A stretch of DNA of 63,771 bases, the filler included, from Craspedostauros australis (taxonomy: Eukaryota): the NCBI GenBank assembly GCA_030167865.1. It is 10 parts of 10 records of this genome, joined end to end, with 100 filler letters (N's around TTAATTAATTAA, not from the genome) between each part and the next. Parts side by side here need not be neighbours in the genome. Positions count along the whole stretch, not along the records: positions 1 to 1,823 come from JALAGF010002091.1; positions 1,924 to 14,231 come from JALAGF010002093.1; 8 more parts are not named here. One strand, given 5' to 3'. The notes under the pieces are model-generated. The model saw nothing but the letters and a program-made list of their open reading frames with translations, was not told the DNA's origin and did not search any database. Made by a program: the position numbers and the translations under genes. This document shows, one piece after another, positions 1 through 11,065 of the stretch. The stretch's first letter is position 1. Every line of letters starts with the position of its first letter.

Positions 1-976
1 AGGACACCAATTGAACTTGTCCATAGCAACATGCCCGACATTTCCATGTTCCGATCCACTTTCTTCCGTCCTGTGTTGTTCTTCAGGCCAATGACAAAGT
101 TCCCTGAGCATCCATTCAAACCAGGCTATATCCTGGGCATCGCGTGAATTCACGGGGATCCATTCACTTACCATATCTGGTTGCCACAAGACGAGGATAT
201 CAAGTGGGGCACAGTCCTCATGTGCAACATTGCCAAGCCGCGTATTCTGGAATACACAGACACTCTGCACATCAGCAATGGAGACATACAACGAATCGCA
301 AGGCTCAACCTCATTGACGCAACCACAAACAGCGCTTCGGGTGGCAGGGCATGAGCAAAGACAATACCGGCTGAGCCCGCTCAACAGGTCCAATAGGCCA
401 TCGATGCGATTGCCGTGTGGCCAAGAGCGGCGGCTCGCATCCCAGAACCTGGTCCAACGAGGGTCAGGAAAATCGAGGTCAACGCAAACACAGCTTCACT
501 AGAGGACCAATGGTTTGGACAGCCAAATGTTGTGCCTCATGACGAAGACATGAGCGGAAATGACACTGCAGATGTGATCTTGGACAGTGATGACAATGGT
601 GACAGCCAAATACCTGGCGACGTCTCTGAGTAGCTCGATAATTTGGCGGCAGTACCCATGCTAGATCCTTTGGAGCACCGGATTCAGGGGCATCAAAGCA
701 CTCTTGCAGAACAACAGCACAATGAGATGTTCCAAAATCAAATCAATAAGGTCGACAAGAACACACCTGAAATCACCAGCATCACAGGACACAGCTTCCA
801 CGATGGACACCTACACCTCAATTCCAAATAGGGAATGGAGACAAGAACATGGTTCCGATATGACATCATTCGAGTGAACCATCCAGAGCTGGTGGCTTGG
901 TACATCATTGCAAACAAACCAACTCGGCATGGACGACACAATTGGCAATCGCAACTGATGCTACAATGGACCAATC

Positions 977-1823
977 ATGCAATCCAGGCAATCAAGCGGC
1001 GCATCCAGCGTAGCGAACGCACACACCAATTCACGATCGACGGCAATGACATTGTCACTGTACTACAGCGGATTCGACCAGGCAAAAAAGAAGCCGAAAT
1101 GGGACTTCTTCACCACAGTATTCCAGTACAGGGGCGAAGTGCTACGCAACATGAAGCACGCACTACAACTCGACCAAGTCAACAACAACGACATGTGGAA
1201 GGCAGAAGCCAAGAAGGAGATTGATGCACTCATCAACCTTGCCTGCTTCGAGTTTTGTTCATCCACACATCAACCATCAACTGAATACCAGAGCACAAAG
1301 CTCAGGCTCATCTTTGTGGTCAAACAAGACCTGCGGCGCAAGGCAAGGCTCATAGCTGGAGGACACCTCATCAAGATTGTAGATAACATACGCATGTCCT
1401 CATCAACAGTCAACACCACCAGCGTGCGAATCCTCCATGTAATCGCAGATGCGAACAAATTCCAGCAACTCTGCAGTGATATTGGCAACACATTCGTCAA
1501 CACCTACACCAACGAGAAGATATACGCGAGAGCAGGAAAGGAATTCAATCACAGAGAGGGCCAGACAATTGTACTCAAGAAATCATTGTATGGACTCTGA
1601 TCCAGTGCCCAATGATTCCATGCTCACTTCGCCAACACACTATCTTCCATGGGATTCAAGCCATTGCGCCACAACCAAGATGTATGGATCAGACTCCAAG
1701 ACAAATCCGGAGACGACTACATCTGCACACATGTTGACGATTTCAAGATCGTACCGAAGGACACAAATCAATACACGAAGTCAATCCAACAGGTCAACAC
1801 AATCAAGGATATTGGCCCACCCA
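977..1823 (+). mobile_element. Degenerate Ty1/copia reverse transcriptase region, truncated by contig end
   Basis: Copia RT motifs: IFVVKQDLRRKARLIAGGH, SDIGNTFV (DIxNAF-like), LKKSLYGL, MGFKP...DVWIR and YICTHVDD. In-frame TGA stops at 1598-1600 and 1613-1615. Bases 1-976 are probably decayed integrase/linker of the same element. Confidence 0.9.
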
Positions 1824-1923
1824 NNNNNNNNNNNNNNNNNNNNNNNNNNNNNNNNNNNNNNNNNNNNTTAATTAATTAANNNNNNNNNNNNNNNNNNNNN
1901 NNNNNNNNNNNNNNNNNNNNNNN
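1824..1923. other. Artificial contig-join spacer (N-run, TTAATTAATTAA, N-run)
   Basis: The same 100-bp spacer with six-frame stops recurs at 14232-14331, 35148-35247, 36887-36986, 38968-39067, 49415-49514, 58195-58294, 60174-60273 and 62513-62612. Plain scaffold gaps lie at 35424-35562 and 59825-59927. Confidence 0.97.
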
Positions 1924-2748
1924 ACGAATATGTGCTTGGTTAGTTTGTAGGAGAGAAAATTTCTGGAGGTCCATTTCAAAGTGCAGGTCGACTCACTGAT
2001 CGGGCTCGTATAGAATGGTCTGCACGACAACTCGATCGACGGAATTTTGTTGTGAACCAGATTATGATCGCACGCTCTGAATCCATTAAAGACACATGCT
2101 CTATTATTCGCCCTCGTGTTGTTTCAGCCACAAGCACTCCGCCTCGGTTGCGTTGTGACCGTACGGCGACAGAAACTTCGACCAATGCGATCCATAAAGC
2201 TCGTTGCGCTCGCCCTCAGCATCGTCGTGGATCGCCCACAGACAACTGCGAAAAAACTCAATCGGCGGCGTCTTTTGCGCTTAACGTCAATTGGCTGAGT
2301 CACGGAAGTTTTATATTTATTGTTGTTGGGAAAGCTTCAATAACAAATTCAGATGTCGCATTCAACACCAGGATAAGAACAGAGAGTCATAAGTGCATAA
2401 ATGCGTGTCCATCTATTGCCAATAGGTCATTTATAGTTGCCACCGGTTAATTGTGCTCAACCAGAAAAGATTTGCCACTGGGCGCGTTACTGACGAAGAA
2501 TCGCATAGGAAGGCAACCTGGTGTGCGAAGTGATAGCAACAGCAACAGCAACAGCAACAGGAACAGCAGCCACGCCAAAACCAAGACAAGGGGACGTCGA
2601 GCCAAAAGATGAAGAGCAGCAAGGATTTGCAGAACTGAGGATGAACTCACAGTCCACGCAAATACAAAGCAAGAACAAACCTCACAACACCACCAGCAAT
2701 ACCACCAGCAACACCACCAGCAACCCAATCAGCAACCCAATCAGCAAC

Positions 2749-3820
2749 ATGCATCGCGGCAACCCCAACAACCTCAACAACGGCAACAACCAAGGAGGTA
2801 AGAGCACAGCGAGCCTGCCATATCTGTTTGCCAAGGAGATACAACAGTCAGACGAGAGGGAGCAAGAATGCGCATACATGGTTCGACTGCGGTTTTCAAA
2901 CAGATCTAATACCGCAACAACTGCACTCTTGCTCAACAATTTTGATTCTCTCCTTTTCTTGCTCCCTGCGCGCTGATTCATTTGCATCCATATGACCATG
3001 CAACAGCACCCCCACCAGGAGGTCTGCCACTGCCTCCACCCCATGGCGCGCCAGCAGCACCAGTAGCACCAGTAGCAGCACAGCCACAAGCAGTAGCCAA
3101 CCAGAACCAAGGAGCCGTCGACCGTTTCGCCCGTCACCAGGATGAAAATGGCGACATCTCACAAGCGGAGGTTGACGAGGCATTGATCGCCGACGCCAAC
3201 GGTGAGTATCGACGCTTGTATTAAATTGTACCTACGAGAGTGTACGTGAAGAACGAAGATTGGAGCGCATCACGCAAGTCTTCCTTGTGTTGTTCCTCTC
3301 ATCTTTCTCTCGCCGTTCTCTCATTTCCATGCTTCCTTTCCATTGCAACCATACTTTCACACAACCCTCTCTGCCATCGATGGCTCGTCGCTTGCTCTCG
3401 CTGCCTGTAAGGAGGATTCTTCTACTCCTGAGGAAACTTCCTGTGCTGTTGTTGTCGCTCGATTTTGAATGTGTTGATACCACAGGCTCGTCATCGTGGA
3501 CGACTCTCCACAATGTGTCCGAAGAAGATCGCTGCAGGACTTTTCAGAGATCCGATCAGCGTTGGCAAGGATGGGAACGACGCATTGGCAGCCTCACCTG
3601 GACTTGCCGGGACCTGGCGCCACGCCCAATTGGAGATTTTGACAGACAGCAACGACGGCTTGCCAAAGAAGATCGAGTGCTCCGGCAGGACGACCGACGG
3701 AGCCACTGCAATTGGCACATGGTGTATGTGCCGTATTGCTTTTTCGGATTCTGCTCAAAAGCAGCTGGACCAGACAGTTGCGATAGCGGCAGCAGTTGCA
3801 GGTGGCTCTACGTTAGTTAA
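2749..3820 (+). CDS. Possible multi-exon hypothetical protein with Asn/Pro/Ala-rich N-terminus
   Basis: ATG at 2749. A GTAAGA...CAACAG intron at 2798-3006 joins MHRGNPNN...QGG in frame to APPPGGLPLPPPHG...DANG. A second donor GTGAGT lies at 3202. The 3' exons and stop are uncertain. Confidence 0.35.
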
Positions 3821-4895
3821 TTTGACGATGCAGTTGCACAATTATCATACATGTCACACAGTGCTTGCACTCACCAAGACGTTTTATTGCACGAGTAGTA
3901 TACTCTGCATGATGCAAGCAGCACCACTTCTATCAGGTGAATGTAAATCAAATCGTCTCTGGATGGATTTGTGAGTTGAGAGTTGAGAGTTGCAAATCCA
4001 TGCGCGCATAATGGTAGATTACTTGACTACGACTACGGTATGACGAAGTTGCCGTGGTAGCCAGGCTCCGCGTCGCAGTTCAGCTTGTGCTTCCATAGTC
4101 GCACCTCATCTTGCGCTGCCATAGTGCCCTTCGTGGCCTGGATGCGAAGATTTGGTGGTGCAAAAACCAACTCCGACACAGACGTTGGGTTCAGGAAGCG
4201 AGGCCAGAGGCGTATGCAACGATGACGACATCACAGGAGCGAAATCAGCAAGCGCAGCCACAGCAAGAGCGTTAGGATACCGTCGGAGGGACACCAAAGT
4301 TGTCGCTGACACACGAGTGCGACTATGCTCTTATGCTTGCGATCCATCTTGCACGCATTTTGTTGCTCCGTGAGAAGCTCTCCTGTCGCAGTTCTCCTGT
4401 CGCAGTTCTCGAGCAGACAGAGCGACCGAAATACCCCTGAGAAATCGTCCTTTGAGAAACGTCATTCTTCGTCAGCAAGTATGCGCAAGTAAGAAGGTAA
4501 GAAGGTACTATGCAGGCGCATAAGTCTCCGAGGCCACCCTGGACGAGTGAGAAGCCTCTCTGTACCCATGTTTGTCGATTTTGCATCACATCTGCACGGA
4601 GGCCTCCGCATCTCTTGCCCTTCTCGATTGATGGCGCGAGTGTGACCATGCGTTTTGGAATCGAATGTGTCAAGCAAGCTTTGCGGGCAACGAAATGGTT
4701 ACTGCGAAAAAACCAAATTGCCGCTGACCCCAATATCTTGTTGAAGATCTTCCAAGACACACAACAACCACCCATCAATCCAAACCCATCAACGCAACCC
4801 GTGAGGAAGGAAGCCGCAGTTGGCGACAGCCCTAATAATTCGAGTGGGACGGTCCATAGCTCGTACTCCTCTGCTGTTATATTATTCTATTCGCG

Positions 4896-6008
4896 ATGAG
4901 AACGAGGACGATGGCTTTGCCATATGCGATGTGCTGGATAGCCAGAAGGACCGCAGGATTCTCTAGCACACAGCCATCATGCAGATTGTCGCATCGACTG
5001 GCATCCCATGGGATGACCACCAGATATTCGACACCATCGCTGCGCAAGACACGTACGAGGCTGTGGCAGTCCACGACCGTGCGAGAAGCGCTGCAATCGT
5101 CGATGGAAATCTTGCAGACACGCGATGTCCCGGAGCCGACGGAATCGGCCATCCATATCCTCTCCAAGGTGCTGCAATTGGATTGGGAGACGGGATGGAG
5201 ACAGCTGTTGCAGATCTCCCAACAATCACCGTTGCATGCAACGCAGGGACTGGCCGATCAATGCATGACCGACGCGCAGATTGCGCAATTCGATGCGCTG
5301 CTGCGGCGGCGCTACGAACATCACGAACCGATTCAGTACATCGTGGGACAATGGGATTTCTTGGATCACACCTTCGAGATCCGACCGCCGCTGTTGTGCC
5401 CGCGACCCGAAACGGAGGAGCTCGTGCTGCATGCGCTGCGTGATGTGCAAGCGCCTGCCAAAATCCTGGATGTCGGTTGCGGCACGGGATGCATCGGGAT
5501 TTCGATCGCGGCCCAGTTGGACGATTGCACGGTCGTCGCCATCGATCCCGAAGGCGTGGCCATTGCGACGTCCAACGCCAACGCGCAACGCATTCTGGGG
5601 GATGCGCAGTCGTATCGCACCGTGCAATGTGCGGCCGCGGAATTGGACGGCGATGACGTGCCGTTCGATATGGTGGTCAGCAATCCACCCTACATCCCGA
5701 CCAAGGACATGGCGACGCTGGAGAGCACGGTCGTGGCGCACGAAAGTCCATCCGCGTTGTGCGGCGGCGCGGATGGTTTGGATGTTGTTCGGGATATCGT
5801 GGCGCAGTTGCCCAGATGGTGTCGCACGGGTGCCATCTGTTGGATGGAGGTGGATCCCACGCATCCAAGCATGATCGAGGAATGGTTGTCTGCACCATCG
5901 TCAGCGTCATCGTCATCGTCGGCGGGTGATGTGGTATGGGAAGAGTCCGTCCAAGACATGTTCGGGCTGGATCGATTTGTCAAGTTGCGGGTTGTGAATG
6001 GGCGGTGA
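4896..6008 (+). CDS. prmC: HemK/PrmC peptide-chain release factor N5-glutamine methyltransferase, probably organelle-targeted
   Basis: EPIQYIVG, LCPRPETEELV, SAM motif ILDVGCGTGCI, VSNPPY and ALCGGADGLD. The N-terminal extension is Arg/Ser/Thr-rich. Confidence 0.93.
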   Translation: MRTRTMALPYAMCWIARRTAGFSSTQPSCRLSHRLASHGMTTRYSTPSLRKTRTRLWQSTTVREALQSSMEILQTRDVPEPTESAIHILSKVLQLDWETGWRQLLQISQQSPLHATQGLADQCMTDAQIAQFDALLRRRYEHHEPIQYIVGQWDFLDHTFEIRPPLLCPRPETEELVLHALRDVQAPAKILDVGCGTGCIGISIAAQLDDCTVVAIDPEGVAIATSNANAQRILGDAQSYRTVQCAAAELDGDDVPFDMVVSNPPYIPTKDMATLESTVVAHESPSALCGGADGLDVVRDIVAQLPRWCRTGAICWMEVDPTHPSMIEEWLSAPSSASSSSSAGDVVWEESVQDMFGLDRFVKLRVVNGR

Positions 6009-6427
6009 TGACAAAAAGTACCATTGCGCTCACGCTTCTGCTCTCTCCAATCAGCAGATGATGCAGTGGAGTGATGGTGGAGCTCGCACGCTATTATTCC
6101 AAAGATCACGGATACTCGTGCTGGTAGACTGCAAAACCCTATCACTCTATTCATAATTGTAGCGCTACCTACCTGCAAGTACTTGCCTACCTACCTGATC
6201 ATTGAACTTGTGTTCCTCTACCTAATTGTACGAAGGCTGAGCTTTCTCCCCAATTCTTGTGTTTTCACGGGTGGAGGTGCGTGCGTAGAATTCTGGACAC
6301 GCAATAACCTCAGCGACTGCAGCACCGTCATGTTCGTTTTTGTTTCCATTTCGCACATACCATACATCCAATTCGATCCATTCCTAATCCTACTTCTACT
6401 CTTGTTGCTGTCGCTGTTGCCGCTTGA

Positions 6428-8914
6428 TTACGAGATGACCTCAACCTCCTTTGGCTTGTCGTCGTCGTCATCGTTGTCGGAAGCAGGCTTCTTCTTGGGC
6501 TCCTCCTCCTCCTCCTTCGCCGCAACGATTTCGGCTTCTGGCACGGCTTCGTCGGCATTGTTCGACATGAGCCCCATGACACGCTGCGCGAAGCTCTTCA
6601 TGTTGGAGACCTCGTATCCCGAAGTCATACCCGCCACGTCGTACAGGAGCATGGCGAAATCCTGCGTGGCCGGACTCTCCTTGTCGGCCTTGATCATGGC
6701 ATCCAAATCGCGAATGATGGGATGGTTGGCATTGATCTCCATCACGGCCTTGGTCAGTTTGCCCATGGGTAGGTCGTTGTCGCCGGACGCCACGGCCTGC
6801 GCGCGCATGTACCGTTGCATGGTGGGGCTCATACCGAACGCGCCCTGCACCAAGGCAGCGGGCGAATCCGTCAGGTCCGTCGACACGGTGACCTTCTGGA
6901 CCTTGTCGGACAGAAGAGTTTCGAGGAATTCGATGACGCTGATGAATTCGCGGTTGAGATCCTCCTTCTGCTTCTTGGCCTCGTCACCCTCCTCCTCGTC
7001 GACCTTGAGATTCTCCTTGGCGGCATCGACCACGTCGATGTCCTTGAAGTTGCGCAGCGATTCAAACATGATTTCGTCGAGCGGTTCGGTCGCGAAGAGG
7101 ACTTCGAATCCACGCGACGTGAGCTTCTCCACGACGGGGGACATGGCGGCGCCATCGCGGCCCTCGCCGGTGACGAAGTAGATCTGCTTCTGATTTTCGG
7201 GCATGTTCTCGACGTACTTGTCGAGGCTGGTGTACTCCTCGCCGGACTTGGAGCTGTAGAATCGCAGCAGAGGAGCAATGTCGTCGCGGTGCTTGTCGCC
7301 CTCGACGATGCCGACCTTCATGTACTTGCCGAAGTTGTTCCAGAAGAGGACGTACTGGGCGCCGTCGTCGTCGGCCTCGGCAATGTCGCGGATCATGTCG
7401 AGGGACTTGCGCACGAGGCGCTTGTTGATGATGCTGAGGACCTTGGACTTTTGGAGGATCTCACGCGAGACGTTGAGCGGGAGGTCGTTGGAGTCGACGA
7501 CTCCGCGCACGAACTTGAGCCATCGCGGCATGAGGTCTTCGAACTGGTCGTTGATGAAGACGCGCTTGACGTAGAGGCGAATGTTGCGCGAATTTTCATC
7601 GAACATGTCCTTGGACAGCTCGAAGGGGAGCGAGCCTGGGATGTAGAGGATGGACTTGCATTCTACCTGTCCCTCGAGGACGAAGTGGGTGTGCTTCAAG
7701 GGGTCGTCGAAGGAATTCTTGAAGGCGGATTTGTAGAAGTTCTTGTACTCGTCCTCCGTGACTTCGCGTGGGGATCGCAGCCAGATCGGCTTTTGCGTGT
7801 TGACGCGCTCGAAGGCCTCGGTGGTTTCCGGGACGGTCTTCATCTTTGGCTCCTCGCCTTCGGCAAGGTCCTTGTTGGCCTCCTCGTCTGGAACCTTCTT
7901 GTACTCCGTGGTCTCCTTCCAGACGGAGATGGGGAATTCGATGAATTCTGAATATCGCTGCAGCAGCGTCTCGATCTCGTTGGTGTCCACGTACTCGGCG
8001 GCGTCGTCGCGCATGTGCAGAACGAGCTTGGTCCCGCTGTTGCTCTCGATGATGTCGTCGCCCTCAATCTCCTCGATGGTGTAGGACGACTCCGCCTCGG
8101 AGATCCAACGGTAGGTCTTGGCCCCGTCCTGCATGGACTTGGTGATGACCTCGACCTTGTCGGCCACGAGGTATGCCGAGTAGAATCCCACGCCGAACTG
8201 TCCAATGAGGTTGACGTCGGCCGTGCCGTCGCCAAGGGCCTCGGCGAAGGCGCGCGTTCCGGATTGCGCAATCTTTCCCAGGTTGTTCATGAGCTCGTCC
8301 TTCGTCATGCCGACGCCACTGTCCTCGATGGTGATCGTGTTGTCCTCCGCGTTGGTCTTGATCTTGATTTCCGGCGGCGCGGCCGCGGCCTCGTCGGTGA
8401 TGGAGAGGAAGCGCTTCTTGTCGCAGGCATCGGCGGCGTTGGAGATGAGCTCGCGCAGGAAGATGTCGCGGTCGGAGTAGAGGGAGTTGATGATGAGGTC
8501 CATGACTCGGCCGACGTCGCTCTGCGGGGTTGTAGAATGCAATTCAATACAACAGAGCACGTGTTGTTGAAATCAAGTATGGTAGAATATTATATAATAT
8601 TTGGAGAAAACAGAACGGAATGGAATGCAATGGAAACGCATGGAAATGTTAGATACGATAGTGAAGCACACAGATGTGAACAATCGTCAACACTCTCGAG
8701 CAGCACCAATCGCATGACGATACGAAACCCAACGCACCGTGAATTCGTACTTCTCTGGCGCCGCAGTGGCATCGAGGGAGACGAGGGAATGCCTCTCAGC
8801 ATGCTGCAGATTGGGCTGAAAGGCGACCGAGCCGGTGCGCGATCGGAAGGCGGGTGCGAAGGCAGCAGTGGTGGCCGCCGTGGCCAAGACGAGCGCTGCG
8901 GATGTGAACTTCAT
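6428..8914 (-). CDS. HSP90: Plastid-targeted HSP90 (HSP90C-like); exons 8914-8738 and 8521-6428
   Basis: NSLYSDRDIFLRELISNAADA, IGQFGVGFYS, GVVDSNDLPLNVSRE and MEINANHPII. A phase-0 GT-AG intron at 8737-8522 gives KYEFT/SDVGRVMD. The N-terminus MKFTSAALVLATAATTAA-FAP is a signal peptide plus ASAFAP-type transit motif. There is no MEEVD or KDEL at the C-terminus. Confidence 0.95.
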
Positions 8915-9536
8915 GGTCGTGCAAGGGCAGTTATGAGTTGCGATTGGATTTTATGAAGCACTCTGGATTGATTGGTTTGTTTCGTTGGTTGTGAACTGGT
9001 CCGAAGCCTTTTTGTTTGTCTCGTCAACACTTCGTCGTGTGGATTTTCGTCGGTTGTTTGATTGCTTGATTGATGGCTGGCTGCCGATGCATCTGGGTTT
9101 GGTGATGTGCGGCGAAAGAAAGTCTTCGGAAAAGATCCAACAAGGATTGGGAAAGATGCCTTCCACGTGTAACTGTTCTTTGCTGACGTCATCTCAGGTG
9201 GTTGACTCAACGGAACGATGCAAAGAAGCGAATCGAAATTCGTGTTGTTTTGTTGTGGCGGTTGCTGTGTTGTTTTGTTGTTTTGTTGTGACGAGAGGCT
9301 CTTTTCTGTGTTTCATGGAGAACGTGCAGAGCGATCAGCCATGTCTCTCTGCTGCAATTGCTCATACTTCTTTGTTCCCAACTGTCTTCTGATCCCATCT
9401 GACCACCAATACGCATTATCATACGACCTCCGTTTGGAAAGAAGTCAAACAAAGAGACTGCCTTCATCACATTCAACACAGACTCGTATCAGAGTGAGCA
9501 ACCGACACAACACACTCCATATAGAAGAGCTCGAAG

Positions 9537-10343
9537 ATGACAACAGGCATGACTCGTATTTCGTTGGCAGCATCGAAGCCTGCAGCTCTGGGACAACGAT
9601 TGGGTGCTGTTCTGTGCTCTCGTCCTGCATCCTTGTCACCATTGACAAGCATCAGAGCAGCAGCAGCACGAACAACAACAACAACAGCCATGCCAATCAG
9701 GCAGCAGCACACGGCATCCACCATCCAACAACCATGGAGGATCACCGCCAATCAGGCAATTCAATCAAGGCGCCATCCCCTCGCATTCACACGCAGATCC
9801 ATGGTGCAGATCACGCAAACGAAGGTCTCTCAGTTGTCGCCAGATGCTTCTATCGCCAGCGAACCAACTGTGACGAACACTAGCAGCAACATCAATGACA
9901 GCGCTGACAACAACAACAACAACAACAACACTACGACCGAATTCCTGCAACAGTACGAACTAGTATCGCAGGAGATACTGACGGTCACGGAAAGTTGCTT
10001 GAAACAGATCGAGGTCTTGATTCAGAAACAGCCACAAACGGGCCACTACTTGCGCGTCTACGTCGACGCCGGCGGCTGCTCCGGCTTCGAATACAAATTC
10101 GAATTGTGCCACGACGACCTCGAGGACGACGACATCGTCGTGGCCACAAAACGAGATGGTGCCACGCGGCTCGTCGTCGATGAGACCTCCCTCAACTTCC
10201 TGCGCGGCAGCACCATCGATTACGTGCGCGAGATGATCCGCTCCAGCTTCGTCGTGTCGCATAATCCACAATCGGAATCGGCCTGCGGATGCGGCTCGTC
10301 GTTCGCCGTCAAGAACTTTGGCTCCAATCCGGCTTTGGATTGA
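9537..10343 (+). CDS. IscA/ErpA-type (HesB family) Fe-S cluster assembly protein, ISCA2-like, with long presequence
   Basis: LRVYVDAGGCSGFEY, LVVDETSLNFLRGSTIDY and NPQSESACGCGSSF, which contain the three conserved cysteines. Confidence 0.92.
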   Translation: MTTGMTRISLAASKPAALGQRLGAVLCSRPASLSPLTSIRAAAARTTTTTAMPIRQQHTASTIQQPWRITANQAIQSRRHPLAFTRRSMVQITQTKVSQLSPDASIASEPTVTNTSSNINDSADNNNNNNNTTTEFLQQYELVSQEILTVTESCLKQIEVLIQKQPQTGHYLRVYVDAGGCSGFEYKFELCHDDLEDDDIVVATKRDGATRLVVDETSLNFLRGSTIDYVREMIRSSFVVSHNPQSESACGCGSSFAVKNFGSNPALD

Positions 10344-10390
10344 AGCGGTTTACGTTTATAATACTATTGCGTCCCGCAGTCTTTCGTAGT

Positions 10391-10834
10391 CTAACATTGT
10401 TTCGCAGCACGATTCTTGGACGCCGTCAGCAGTTGCTCTTGCGCGCGTTCCATCTCTTCGAGTTCTGATTTGGAAGGCTTTCGCTTCGAGCGTTTGGAGG
10501 GTTTCTGAGATGATGATGATGATTTGCGTTTGGCAATCGTCGTAGTTGTCTCAACCGCGGCCTGATGAGCTTGCTGAAATAAAGATTGAAAGTCCGGCAA
10601 CGACGCGAAGGCTTTGTGCAGATCTTCAATCGAAATTGCCCGGTTGGTATCTTCCTCATCGCAGTACGTGACCAACCGCTTGGCGACGATCTGCAAGAAC
10701 GAGAGATGCAGTATGCGCAAGGTTTGGACGGAGGCGTCCGTGAAGGCCACGTCCTCCGAACACTTCTGCAACGATTCCCAAAACACCGGCGCGTTGATGC
10801 AAAAGTGTGTTGGCGGTGATCGTTTGGCGGACAT
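10391..10834 (-). CDS. Divergent histone-fold protein, NC2-beta/Dr1-like
   Basis: From ATG 10834 (MSAKRSPP). The stretch DVAFTDASVQTL...FLQIVA...CDEEDTNRAISIEDLHKAF resembles the NC2b/NF-YB fold. A basic linker precedes ELEEMERAQEQLLTASK, resembling the Dr1 C-terminal helix. Recognised by eye only. Confidence 0.55.
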   Translation of the reverse strand: MSAKRSPPTHFCINAPVFWESLQKCSEDVAFTDASVQTLRILHLSFLQIVAKRLVTYCDEEDTNRAISIEDLHKAFASLPDFQSLFQQAHQAAVETTTTIAKRKSSSSSQKPSKRSKRKPSKSELEEMERAQEQLLTASKNRAAKQC

Positions 10835-10974
10835 GGTTTGTGTTTGGCGCTGTGGGATGGAGAGTGGTGTGGCGATAGCGCTTGTTCGGGTCTGTGCTGT
10901 GCTCTCTTGTTGTGCTTGGATTTGTGGCAGCAAAACGAGAACAACGAGCAAATCGCCACAACATGCAGCTGCGC

Positions 10975-10984
10975 AAAACAAAAA
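10975..10984 (-). terminator. Pol III oligo-dT terminator of the permuted tRNA
   Basis: TTTTTGTTTT on the minus strand begins after a 4-nt gap (cttc) following tRNA position 37. Confidence 0.6.
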
Positions 10985-10988
10985 GAAG

Positions 10989-11065
10989 TCGTAGTCAGAC
11001 GCCTTGCCGTTGGGCCAACAGGTCTCCAGAAACCTGCCCGGGATTCGAACCCGGAATCTTCTGAT
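10989..11065 (-). tRNA. Circularly permuted tRNA-Arg(ACG): 3' half 11065-11030, 5-nt spacer, 5' half 11024-10989
   Basis: Minus strand reads ATCAGA AGATT CCGGG TTCGAAT CCCGG GCAGGTT T ctgga GACCTGT TG GCCC AACGGCA AGGC G TCTGA CT ACG A. Swapping the halves gives a full cloverleaf: 7-bp acceptor stem (two G-U pairs), perfect T and anticodon stems, and anticodon ACG at 10992-10990. Confidence 0.88.

Noticed and set aside
1824..1923. Recurrent TTAATTAATTAA flanked by N runs
   Set aside because: It is an artificial linker with six-frame stops. ORF ends reading XXXLIN and gene adjacency across these linkers are meaningless.
2536..2790. (GCAACA)n and CAA/CAC-rich simple repeats
   Set aside because: These are ordinary low-complexity tracts, common throughout this sequence.
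6183..8956. Long plus-strand ORFs opposite HSP90, and similar ones opposite other genes
   Set aside because: They are antisense shadows caused by GC3-rich codon usage and show no recognisable motifs.
9110..9245. GAA/TTC motifs upstream of HSP90 as heat-shock elements
   Set aside because: The spacing does not fit nGAAnnTTCn arrays.
10989..11065. Alternative reading as remnants of two tandem tRNA genes
   Set aside because: I found no matching outer halves. The two halves are complementary, break exactly at 37/38 and have BHB-like flanks plus a terminator, which random truncation would be unlikely to produce.
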